Below are positions 14,401 to 25,208 of a stretch of 64,000 nucleotides of DNA, piece after piece (position 1 is the first letter of the stretch; every line of letters begins with the position of its first letter). The DNA comes from Takakia lepidozioides. Taxonomy: Eukaryota; Plantae; Bryophyta. The notes beneath the pieces were generated by a model. It did not search any database. It saw only the letters and a list, made by a program, of their open reading frames with translations, and was not told the DNA's origin. The DNA lies in assembly GCA_030704615.1 (NCBI GenBank), contig CM060731.1, positions 33,790,001 to 33,854,000 of the forward strand, in the 5' to 3' direction. The position numbers and the translations under genes are program-made.

Positions 14401-15930
14401 AAACAATAGAAATGTTCAAGTCCTTCAAAGTCTGTTCGAGCACAATGATGGCGCGCTTCTCCAACTGACTCCAAAATGTAGCCTTGTGAAGCCAGTTGTC
14501 AAACACAATGTCACTGATTCCTTCCACCTTTGTGTTAGGCTGTATAGTGCTCTTTGGGAACTGATTCAAGTCCTTCACTGTCTGATCTGAGTTCCAAATC
14601 TCCAGCCATCTTATTTTGGTTTGGGGTTCGACCATGGAGATGGCCAGCTGGTGCAATTTCTCTTGCTGCATCTCCGGGTGCACATGCTTGTCATAGTGAA
14701 ATTTGATCTACAGAAGGAACTCAGCACCAAGGCCAGGATCTACTATTCTAAGCTGCTTTCCGAAGGCGGACATCAGTTTGGTTCTGCGGATTTCATACTC
14801 CTTCTTTATTGCTGCTTCCACACCCTTTGATGTCATAAGTTCCTCTGTTGTAGTGCGGTAGTATTCGGATTTCCCCTTCTCAGCTGTCTCTGCCAGTTCT
14901 TGCTACATTGATCCAAATAGGAATGAGTACAAAACGAAATACAAACATGTATTCAAAAAGACAAGTGAGTACAGGCTCGGCCTTACCGCATACATGTACT
15001 CCAGAAATGCCTCTCGAGTCAAAGAATACCAAGTGCCTGCAGCTCTTCCTGTTTCGCACTTCTTGATTATATCGGGGTGGAGTACTGTGCAAAAATCATC
15101 CAGCTTCATCAGACCAATCCTCTGAATTCGAAACAGTGTGTGGACCAAGCCTGTTGTCACATGCGATTTCTCTGTCGATCTGCAAAAAGATTGGAAACAA
15201 TGCATTGGTAAACATCGTTTTTGGTGGGATTAGCAAGACATTAGAGAGGCAATGGAGTCTCTAGGATGACTTACTTGTTCACGTCGTGCATAGCTGTAAG
15301 AAGCCTAGCGATGTCGTTTCCAGGATCCAAAACCATTGCTTCTATAGCAACATGCTTGTCTTTGTCTTTCGCATGATGTTTCTGAATGTATCCCATCCAT
15401 GCCAGCAATCGGTGGTTGCCGTCCCAGACGTAGAACATGTGGTTGCAGAATTGCTGGGTGTTTCTTCCCATCATGAGGCCCAGCTCGAACTCCTCATTAA
15501 CATCCTTCCAACACTCATCCCAGGTATCTGTGATCTCAGGAGACACTAATGTGCTCTTCCCATTTGTATCCGTCAGTGACACATAAAAAACTTGTGCACC
15601 GAGTCTGTATCCATGCACGAAATCAGTTTCCAATTTTGTAATGTCATGGGAAAGAGGATGACGCACAACAGACATAGATATCATCCGGCATAGTGGGATG
15701 TCCAGACGCCCTCCAGAGACGAGCATGTCCCTAATAACCTCCTGAGAGTTTACCTTTTGGAATGACATGAGTTCTTTCACCTTGTCAAAGGTAGTGCACT
15801 TCAGGTTCATCTGCTTCATCGCTATTCTCAGAGCTCTTGGCAGACTCGTCCCCATCTCTAGAACCTTTTGCCTTTGTTCCTGTCTGCTTGCACTATTACA
15901 GATTGACGTTTTTATGACTATGGATATCAC
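11463..15930 (-). CDS. Multi-exon ParB/Srx-like + beta-class N6-adenine/N4-cytosine DNA methyltransferase-like protein (boundaries approximate)
   Basis: Exon 15930-15275 has FYVWDGNHRLLAW (ParB-N GxHR-type motif). Exon ~12841-12502 has ADMVILDIPDG...FLSDAGTLLLF (motif IV region). Splicing 12012 to 11915 (GT-AG) gives PWRGAKDKTPAFMQILLESCSHHFARVVDLSVSTG|ATYHACKAGGRSFFGMEGDSDLY, which aligns with the N6_N4_Mtase C-terminal motifs X-I-II. A K/E-rich linker exon lies at ~13615-13119. Confidence 0.65.
13729..14234. repeat. 264-bp tandem duplication inside an intron
   Basis: ctcaggagctcacaacagctctggatgtgaatgtc... occurs at ~13730 and ~13994; the two ORFs starting MNVGNDIHFGSVITLL are 264 bp apart. 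Confidence 0.9.
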
Positions 15931-17090
15931 TGCATTTGCAGTGATAAGTGCTTTTACGACTACCTCACTCTACAGTGACAAACACAAAGTCAGTTCTACC
16001 ATGACTACGGAGTGATAAGTGCGAAGTCATGGTCGTCACTGAGGACGTGGCATGGGATAGTGATGCAGGGTTTGGTGATGTAGTAATCACAGAAATAACT
16101 ACACGACTGTAAGTTATGACTACATCACTACAGCATTGCGCCTACATGGAGAGGCTTGTGCGTGACACGTGGGATCCTTGGGATTTGACATGTGAGACCA
16201 TATTGTACAGTGGACTACACGACTACACGGCGTGTAGTCATTACTAACATGATAACTACATTACTACAGAAGTCCGCCTACATGGATAGTTGTCTGCGTG
16301 ACACACGTAATCCCTCTGCTATGACACGTGTCCAAATCGTGGGATGGAATATAGTGATGTAGGCGTAACTTTATAACTACATGACTACATTGTGTGACTA
16401 CACTGATGACTATATAATTACTCAGTACATCGCTGAGGATGACATGTGGCACATTTCCTGAATACATGTATGACTACATTACTATGGGTGTGACTATATC
16501 ACTACAACACTACAAATGCCACGTGGTCTTGTTGGAGTATGTGTGAATGACACGTGTAGGTCATGTAGATTTTGAAATTTGTGATATGTTATTCAATTTC
16601 AAATGACTAATTTAACTAGTAAATTAAAGTAAATTAATATGAAATTTAAACAAACCATGTAGAGCTCTCATAAGCACGGCAATTGCCAAAGCAATTGGCC
16701 CTCTATATCAAGACACACCCCCTCTGCAGGGAAAGAGAGCTTGCATTAATCTTCCAATGACCAAAGAGTGGACCCCCAACCCTGCTGGCAGTTGCAAAGT
16801 GTGACAAAGACTGATTCTACCACCAACCCTGTTGCATAGACTGACAGAAGCACCAATATCATACAGTCTGAAAGACAACTACAATCAAATATGCCATCCA
16901 TAGAAACAGGAACATCACATCACAGCACACACATTCATGTGGTGTTCGAACCAGTCTTTGTATATAAATTCACAAAATATATGCAATTGTTCAATCACAA
17001 TGTCGCTAAATACTTACCTGAAAAAAAACTAGATTCAACAGATACTGCTAGAAGTAAGGGCTTTATTGACAAACAAAGCAGTAGAACTTC

Positions 17091-18938
17091 CTAAACCTCA
17101 TGTCGCAGTAGCTTCAAACTCCAAAGTGTGGTGCTTCCTACCACATCCCCCAACACAGTCTGTTTCTTAACATCGTTGAGATATGGTAAAGGAGCGTTAG
17201 TGATGTATGCCTCTTTGATGTATATAGCCGCATACTCAGTTGGCATATCAGGATAGCCCTCACTTACCTTGCAGCCTTGCAGAGAACATATAATCCCTGA
17301 TCCAAGCTTTGTCCGTTTGGACATCACGTTAAGGAGCCAAACTTGGTCTCCCACCTTAAATTGTCATCCCAACACCCATTAGCAAAAACAATGAGTGAAA
17401 ATACCATGCACGCTAGACTACGGAGGTCCAAGCATTATAGTACTTATGTACCGGGAGGGGGGCTGTAACTATTAATAGGGATGGATATCATTGCAACTAT
17501 TATTGGATATCACTGCAAAATTGGAAAAGAAGGTCATGGACTTACACCAAGCTGACTTTCAGGCGTCTGCGAGAACTGCTTGAGATGGCTACTTTCCAGC
17601 TCCTCTGCTGACTTGTTGACAACATGGAGCCGCTTCATCATAGGTCCCTATATCTCAAACCATTACAATTTACATGCATGCATTACAATCTGAAATACAC
17701 TAGCTACATAGCTCACTCAAGAGAAACGCACTACTCATGCAATTCACAAGCAACCCAAGAATTCCAATTGTGGACCAGACTTACATTACATTGTTGTTCC
17801 TTCTGACGATTACACTGAGCAGAATTGTAGGGCTGTTGTCCAAAGAGAGGCTGAGACTTCAGAAACTGTGGAATACTAGGAGTATTGCTTGCCCTCTCCA
17901 AGAACGGCCACAACACATCGAGTAAATAACCATCTTTTGGCCCTGATGATCACATTTTCCATGGCTCCGGATATATCCCACTAAATGGAGGATTGTTTGA
18001 TGTCTTTCTTGGTGTGTCATCAACAAGAAGAGTGTCTTCAGGACCCCATTTTGGCCACTTTGCCCACACTCTTGATGGGTTCTTCAAATATATGGGCTTT
18101 GCATCAGCCCCCCTAGCCAATGGGTCAGTAAGCTCTTCACAGTAAAGGGCATCCCACTGGAAAATAAAATTAGTGTGCCCTTTGAAAATAAAGTCCACCA
18201 TCGGAATGAAGTTGCGAGCTTTGCAGCAAGACCACACTACCACCTCAAAGTGTGCAAAACACTTTTGCAAAAAAGAAATACAGCTGGGTCTCAAAACTAC
18301 CATTTTCATCCCACACAACTTCCCCACAAATCCTTTGGGAGCAGTTGTTGGACCACTAGCAACATGAATGGATTCACAGAGCAATCCATTCACATCCAAA
18401 ACTAGCAAGCTTGTGGCCGCTACGCCCTGCGGCCTTTCATCGCTTGCGAGGTGGGGGAGACTGTAAACGCTCACCTGGCTTCAACATATCAGCCCCAGTG
18501 GGATGCACAACCAATTGAAATGCCGTAGCATCTGTCCCATCCTCCCCATGTGAATTCCCCAAGGAATCATGCATACCTGAATCCGGTGTACCGGGCTTCC
18601 CAGACATATCACGAGCATCATGATCAGTAGCTTCCTTTGTACCAGAGGCAGACAGACTTGAAATTGTTGTCTCAGTGCCTGCCTTCCCTATGGCGAACTG
18701 CTTGGACAGATGCAAACCATCATCGGTGATAGGGTTAGGGGAGAGTTGAGATTGAGCGCCAGTTACGGTCTCAAACCGCGATGCCAATCTTTTTGATACA
18801 GTGACACCAGAACCATTCATGCCATATGTCACTGGACCTGCCAGGGGGACATTAACCCCCAATTTGAGCATCATTGCCTTCTGAGAGTCCATCATGTTCT
18901 GCATCCATGATTTCATCTCCAGCATATCAGACCCTTGA
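17091..18938 (-). CDS. 3' part of a CACTA TnpA-like accessory gene with an FCP1/NIF HAD-like domain and a C-terminal Tnp1/EnSpm-type domain
   Basis: 17950-18420: LLVLDVNGLL...LRPSCISFLQKCFAHFEVVVWS...DTLLVDDTPRK (FCP1-homology). 17091-17354: YAAIYIKEAYITNAPLPY...LGDVVGSTTLW (typical CACTA accessory C-terminus). The frame continues across the MULE-1 TSD (MEKQVEAQGS|DMLEMKSW). Confidence 0.6.
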
Positions 18939-19632
18939 GGAGGTTTACTATTTCATGAGCCCATGAGCCCATGAGCCCATGAGCCTATGAGCTCATGAGC
19001 GGACATCCGCGGAATTGGAATTTTCCTGCCTTTATTGACGGTGTTATGTCCTCTTACCTCGGTAATAGGGTCTATTTCTCCTGGTCCAGGATGCGGAATG
19101 AGGTATTTCGGCGCCGTTATTTCCCAAGAGCAGTGTGCTAAAATGGTGTTTTGAAGACATCCACCGGGGTATTTTGGCACCGAAATTACCTCTTAAAATG
19201 TGATATAGTGCGGTATTTAATGGCGCAGAACGGGCTATTTGGGCGCCGAAATACCCAAGTGGAATGTGCTGAAGTGCCTTGTGCTGAAGGCTTCCATCGC
19301 GATATTTTGGTACAGTAATTCATCCGTGGAATTTTTGAGGCCCATATAACGAAGGCGCGCATTGGGCTATTTTGGCGCCAAATTTCTCAATAGGAATGTT
19401 AGAAACGGCAGGGTTTTCATGGCTTCAAGTTCTCGGCTCGATGGTGTGCATAAATTACTTGTAGGGTTCTTCACTGAAGTTTGCGTCTCTTCTGCTTTTA
19501 TTATACATTTTGGTTGGCGGAAGAAATGTAGGGAATCGGACAAGCAGTCTGAACACAATGATTTTTCAAATCGTCAATATTTTCATTAAGTGTTTCAGAA
19601 CTGTACAACAAAAGGATCCAAATGAGACTTTG

Positions 19633-20907
19633 CTATGGTGAGGATCCGCTATCACTGTCCGATGCATCCCCGGCCTCATGCAAGGATGGCTGCCTTCCAC
19701 CTGCCTCCGAACCTGCACTGCCGCTACCGCTGTTACTCTGAGAAGCCCTCCCCTCAAAAATACCATCCTCACCAGCCGGAACTGTCCACCTGGGTGCGGA
19801 AGTGTCCTCAACATTCCCCTCGCTCTCGGACGCGGATTCTATTACGAACTTCCCTACTCTGCCTTTCACAATTCTATGTTTGGCCTCACGCCTCATTATA
19901 ATTCTCTGCTCATTCCCGTATGTCAATTGCTCTAACCGAGTAGGCCTATCCTCCCTCCTGATGGCTTCTCTGGCAGCCGTGTCTGCATAGGCTGGTAGAA
20001 AAAAGGCTTCTGGGGACTCGCGAGAAACGATTTTCTGGCAAAGAATGGCCGATGCGATTCTGTCTCCTCCTCTGCAACAGGGTCCGATTCGGGCAAGTCT
20101 CCCAGCTTCTCCTCGTCAGACGACTCTGCAAGGCTGAGTGTACGCACAAACATAGAATGAAGTACATTAGAGAATTCAAACAGGGAATCATCGGCAGGTT
20201 GCATGGTCCCTACAACCGAAACCAATACACTTACTATGGTGCAACTCACTCGAAGACAGGCATTGGGGGAAGCGGCTTCGGGCGCCCCAACATCGAACGA
20301 ATTTCCTGGACTTCCTCCTCTTCATCTTCCTCCTCCCCTTCCACGTCATCTTCTGCGTTTTTGGGATCCTCAGTCGGAGGCAGACGCTGAAGGCCCACCA
20401 AATTGTAATCGTACAAGGCCATATCCCCCTCAAATGAGAACACAAATCGGTTCGACATCCTTCCCGCCCACATACAAGCACCTGCAAATTCATACGACAC
20501 AACCACAACCAAACTCAAGAATGAGTCGCTTCCTCGCACAAACAAACATACACAAACGGAAATGGTGTCAATTTTGGTGCCGCATTCAATTAACGTTCTC
20601 ACCTGTATTTGCAGTGATGTCGAGGACCCTGCCTTCAACATCCGTACATGTTTCCATGAGCGTCTGGGATGAATGCAGGACTCTTGGTCCTGCCATACCT
20701 CCATGGGTTGCCCGACAAATCACAAAGAATGTCCTTCTCTCCCACATGGTTGAACAGGACGTTATACTCCAGTGGATCAACTGTGGAATCAACAAGTCTT
20801 CCTGTTTCACGTAATTTGAATTTCTAATGTTTCTTCACGAAGCAAAATGCCTGAAAGATAAGAGTCTGCAGAGAAGGAAATGTCCTGGAGGTTTTGCTCC
20901 TCCGCAA
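19633..20907 (-). pseudogene. 3' part of the MULE-1 accessory gene (acidic, low-complexity protein), interrupted by the gypsy insertion
   Basis: Spliced-looking acidic ORF pieces (EDDVEGEEEDEEEE; ESSDEEKLGDLPES). The frame joins 33330-33529 across the GCAA TSD (QNLLELA|EEQNLQDIS). Confidence 0.5.
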
Positions 20908-21262
20908 TGTCAAGTTAAATAAGCACAGTGTGAAAACAGCTAGAATAAAACTAGTTATTTGTATTTAACACTTGGATTTAGGTCAAGTGTTAAATCAGGT
21001 GTCAAGTTTAGTTTGACACCTGGTCCGTCTTATCTTCACGAGAGCGGCAGTCGCGCGGCTCATCTTTCTCGAGTTGAGCCTGCGCGACCGAGCTCCTGCA
21101 TGTGTTTAGGTTTGAGTGTGCTTATGTAGGGGTACAGGTTGTTGTGGGTGGAGTCCCCATAGCTTGGGGTGCCCCTGGCTCGACTTCAGTTTCAATGAGT
21201 GATAGCGATGGATTTTATATGTCTTGTGTTGGGAGTGTGTGTCCTTTTTAGCTTGTTTATCA
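20908..21262 (+). repeat. Terminal repeat A1 (355 bp, TG...CA)
   Basis: Differs from 32889-33243 by about two substitutions and two G-run indels; a diverged copy lies at 52475-52830. Confidence 0.95.
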
Positions 21263-21277
21263 CTCGAGAGAGATGAG
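21262..21277 (+). promoter_or_regulatory. Putative self-priming primer-binding site
   Basis: ACTCGAGAGAGATGAG is complementary to CTCATCTTTCTCGAGT (21059-21074) inside repeat A, with one G:U pair. No TGG tRNA-type PBS is present. Confidence 0.65.
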
Positions 21278-22066
21278 GCTTGCATCTGTGAGTGCCAGAG
21301 GTGAGTTTAGTTTTAAGCACTTGTGGTTTTTGTTTTAGAAGTGAGAGAAGAAAATTATGGTAGATTATGTTTGTGACAAGGCTGGTGGAGCAGCAGGATG
21401 ATGCGCAAATGTAAGGAAGACTATGTTTGTTGGTAGCTGCTGACAACCGTAACTTTGTCCCTGGACTTCTTCTCCGGAGGTGGAAGACTGTATGCAGCAT
21501 GCATGCAAGAGTGTGGTTGTGACAAGGGAACAAACGCTTGCGGTTGAATAGTTGTTGCAAGTTGGGCACTCGGTGCGTCGCTATAACTGCAACTGTACAG
21601 GAGCACCGCGAGAGGCAGATTGCTCTACAGCCTTTGCTGTACTTGGTCAGTCTAATGGTGACAAATCCAGACCTTGTTAAAGCAACATAGACAGAGAGGC
21701 GATTTATAGAAAGAAGGTGAGGAGCAGTGAAGAGTGTACGGGAAAGGGAGCCCTGGCAGCCATGGCATAGCATCGTGCTCCGCACCACGGGTTATCTCGA
21801 AAGAATCGATGAAGAGTAACGATGCGAAAAGCCGCTTACAGTGTTGAAAATATTCAACACAACATGCGGATTATCTACCTGAGTGCTTCTGAAGCTGCAT
21901 GGATTGAGCTTCTTCAACACAGCCAATGGAGTGTTCATTATATGACAGTTATGACCAAGGAAGTGAGGAAATGCCTCATCTGCTCATCTCAAGCTTTCCC
22001 GCTCTACAAGCTCCACGCTCAAGCTCTCGCTCCACGCTATAGCAGACATGGTGAAATGGAAGGGAT

Positions 22067-22260
22067 GCACTCGGCTTTGTGGTAGCTGAAGCCAAGAGAC
22101 AGGGAAAACGATTGATACTCACCTTCACCAATAATTATTCTATCTTCGGTGGAAGACGCAATATGTGCAATGGGCGAGCCAGTATGCTAGTATTCATCTG
22201 AATTCGGAGGATGGCGGCGTATGTGAAGAACTGGGATTCTAACCATGTGTTGGAGCTGCA
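22067..22260 (+). pseudogene. Captured GH5 endo-beta-mannanase fragments
   Basis: LGFVVAEAKRQGKRLILTFTNNYSIFGGR/QYVQWA and IRRMAAYVKNWDSNHVLE match two separate conserved blocks of plant mannanases. Confidence 0.7.
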
Positions 22261-22506
22261 GGGAGGTAGCGTGGTGGCGTAGGGTCGCAAGCACGGGGTT
22301 GGGGACATTGGCTGGTAGGACAGCAACGGCAGTGGTAGCGCCGGCCGGGTAGAAGGCTGAACTGAAATGCTTGGTGTCAGTTGGAATGACCAGCAACCTT
22401 TCCCTCTAGCAAGTCCACCCAACATAGCTCAAAGCCGCAGGTGTAGCCAGCGTAGATCCAGAGTTCTTAAATACTTAGACTTAATGCAGAGGACGTGGGG
22501 ATACCG

Positions 22507-22542
22507 AGATATGGAGTGAGTGGTTATCCAACCTTGAAGTTT
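22507..22542 (+). pseudogene. Captured protein disulfide isomerase micro-fragment
   Basis: RYGVSGYPTLKF (thioredoxin-fold cis-Pro loop of PDI). Confidence 0.6.
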
Positions 22543-22610
22543 GTGGCCAGTCTGAATGCTGTTGCTGCCCAACTTGGCCAGACACTCGGTACACGAGCTT
22601 GCAAAGCTGC

Positions 22611-22659
22611 AGGGAACGTTGCAGACAAGTCCAACGGGGATGTTGCGGTGGATCAGTAT
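22611..22659 (+). pseudogene. Captured GH1 beta-glucosidase micro-fragment
   Basis: GNVADKSNGDVAVDQY, a conserved plant GH1 block. Confidence 0.65.
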
Positions 22660-22967
22660 ATCGCTAGCGGGTATGCTTCTACATTGAACATGAGCGCTAC
22701 CTGGATTGAGATAGTGCCTTGCCCTATCGGAGTATGCAGACCTATGCTCCAAGCTTCAACTAAATGACGAAGCTGATCTGGTTACTCTCTACTCTGTGGA
22801 TAGTCCAACACAGTTGCCTTTGTCAATAAGCTCCTTCACCACTTCCACATTTGACACTAGGTCCGAAGATTGTCTGAAGAGAGAGCAAGTGCAGATGGCA
22901 GCTGCCCACCAGGTTCTGACAGAGTATCATCACGGCTTGTCCCTGCATTAGGGATGGCTCGAGTGCT

Positions 22968-23608
22968 CCAAATTTCTGTTGGAGTGTGTTGCGAACTTGC
23001 GGGAAAATCTGAGACATAGGGGTTCAGATTTGATCATCAGAATTGGAAAACCAGAGGAAGTGAGTGTGAAATTGGTCCAGTCTGTTGGGGCAGATGCCTT
23101 GTATGCACACCAGGAAGTCACTTTTGAAGAGCTTCAGGCGGAGGGGAAAGTATCAGCTGCATTGAAAGACCAAGGCGTGGAGGCCAAGTACTTCTGGGGT
23201 AGCACACTGTTCCACATTGATGGTCTACCCTTCAAGCTGGATGAGATGCCATCCAATTATGGTGGGTTCCGCGAGAAGGTAAAAAGTGTTTGTGTGCGGG
23301 ACACCGTTGATGCACCGCAGCATCTGAAGGGCTTGCCAGTCCGTGGTGGTGTGAAGCCTGGTGACATTCCTTCCCTTCTGGAGTTTGGGTTGAGCCCTCT
23401 AGCAACGATGCGACAGGACAATCGGGCAGCAGGGGGAGCATTGCTGGTCGAGGGGAGGATGGAAGCCATGAAGCGGCTCCAAAGGTTTGCATTGGAAGCT
23501 CCAGGGCAAGCACCTGGCAAAACCAAAGTTATCAGCAGTTCAAAGCCAACAATAATCGGAAATCCAGGGAATCTGTTAGAACTACATGGACGTGTTGGGA
23601 ACTCGTAG
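22968..23608 (+). pseudogene. PHR2: Captured PHR2-like photolyase/blue-light receptor fragment (copy 1)
   Basis: KFLLECVANLRENLRHRGSDLIIRIGKPEE...KYFWGSTLFHIDGLPF...PSNYGGFREKV; continuous without introns, truncated at both ends. Confidence 0.85.
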
Positions 23609-23939
23609 ATGACTTGGGAGCAGTTTTTTTAATGGCGAGAACGTTTTGGTGTTAAAAATAAATAAATAAATAAATAAATAAAAACCTTTGATCTAATTTA
23701 AATGATTTAGAGCCTAATTGGTCATATCTTTGTCAAATGGACTATGTTTGACTCAGTGTTTGGGGGGATAGCTGCAGAAAGGGGAAATCTACCTATCTAA
23801 ATCTGGTTTCTGTTTTTGGGACTCTGCTAAAAATCTATGGAATTTTTAGAGTGTGAGTGTGCCATGAAAGATCCACAATCCTGTTTCTAGAACTTGTGCT
23901 GGTCTATATTAGAGACAAATCTGTGGATGTACTCCTTGT

Positions 23940-24689
23940 ATGGCTGGGGGAAATGAGGACGTCGTTGAAGGGCAGGTCTCTTCTCTTAGCCTGTGCACCA
24001 AAGGGGACAAGATTTATGTTTCCCAAGGAACTCAGACTGATTTGAGTGGAGAACAGTTGGACGAGTTGATTGCATACTGGGAGTCAGGCATTAGCAGTAG
24101 ACAACAGACTGCTGTAGTTGGCATTGAGGGCCTCAATATCGCCTTGGACAGTCAGAACTCTGTTGGAGCCAGCAGTTCTGCAGCTGTAGGTGAAATACCA
24201 AAGTGGGTGAAAGCTAGGCTTGGAACACAGCCAAAGACAGCCCCGGGGACCAAGGTGTTCAGCCACAAGGCCGTGGTGTACTGGAGCAGAGGAGCAGGAG
24301 CTACACAAGTTTGTGCAATCAGACACGGTTGCAGCCGGATACGCTCTGCACAGGGCAACCACGAGCGGGGGTTCATCAGCAATGACATGTTTGTTGTGCG
24401 TGAAGGAGATGCAGTCATTCGCAATGAGGACACCCGCAACCGTCTCAAAGCTTTCGAGTTGAGAGACTATCAGACCCTACCTTTGTTTTCTTTATTGTTT
24501 AGTGAGCGGGAGATAGCAGAGTATTGCTTTGTCTCTACCTGGCAGAAAGAGGAGGAGGGTTGGTTAGAGCGAGCTACTGTAGCTTGGGACAAGGTTAGTG
24601 GCAGGTTTCTGGACATAGATATACCTCCTACACCTTACCATCAAGCAGAGCGAGGCACTTTGAGAGAAGTCTGGAAGTTGATAGCATAG
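23940..24689 (+). CDS. Element-borne extra ORF of unknown function (249 aa)
   Basis: ATG-initiated ORF upstream of gag, near-identical in copy 2 (55354-56103, one CAG>TAG). Confidence 0.55.
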   Translation: MAGGNEDVVEGQVSSLSLCTKGDKIYVSQGTQTDLSGEQLDELIAYWESGISSRQQTAVVGIEGLNIALDSQNSVGASSSAAVGEIPKWVKARLGTQPKTAPGTKVFSHKAVVYWSRGAGATQVCAIRHGCSRIRSAQGNHERGFISNDMFVVREGDAVIRNEDTRNRLKAFELRDYQTLPLFSLLFSEREIAEYCFVSTWQKEEEGWLERATVAWDKVSGRFLDIDIPPTPYHQAERGTLREVWKLIA

Positions 24690-25208
24690 ATCAGGATTAG
24701 ATCTTGCTTGGGCGGGCTTCTATTCTTCCCCTCCATCTCTGTACTATTTTCATTACCTTGTACTCGTAGTTGCCAAAGCCTCTCTTGGTGGAGGCCAGTC
24801 AGTCCGGGGTTTTGGGCTGGGATATTCTGCAGGATCAGCGTTGCTGCTGGATTTTGGTGTGGGGGTGTTGATGTTTTGATTTCTTGTGTTTGGATCCCCC
24901 CCAACACCTGCATGCTTGACTGTGCGCCATGTTGGTTTTGTGTGGGCGCTTGCTTTCATAGGGATTAGGCCGGATTTGATCACCGGTCAATCCTAGAGTA
25001 TGCTGTCGGTGGTGAGGCTGGAGTGATGACCAGCAAGACCACCAGTGTTTCTTCTATGGTGAGGCTGGGTTGATGACCAGCCAACCATAGGAGTTCTTGC
25101 GGTGGATGCAGGTGCAGGTGCCCTGAGCCATTGGGATATGACCCTTAGACTGCAACAGGTGCCCACCCGTGTCACTATTAGATTAGTACTAGAGCCTTAT
25201 AGTGTCAC

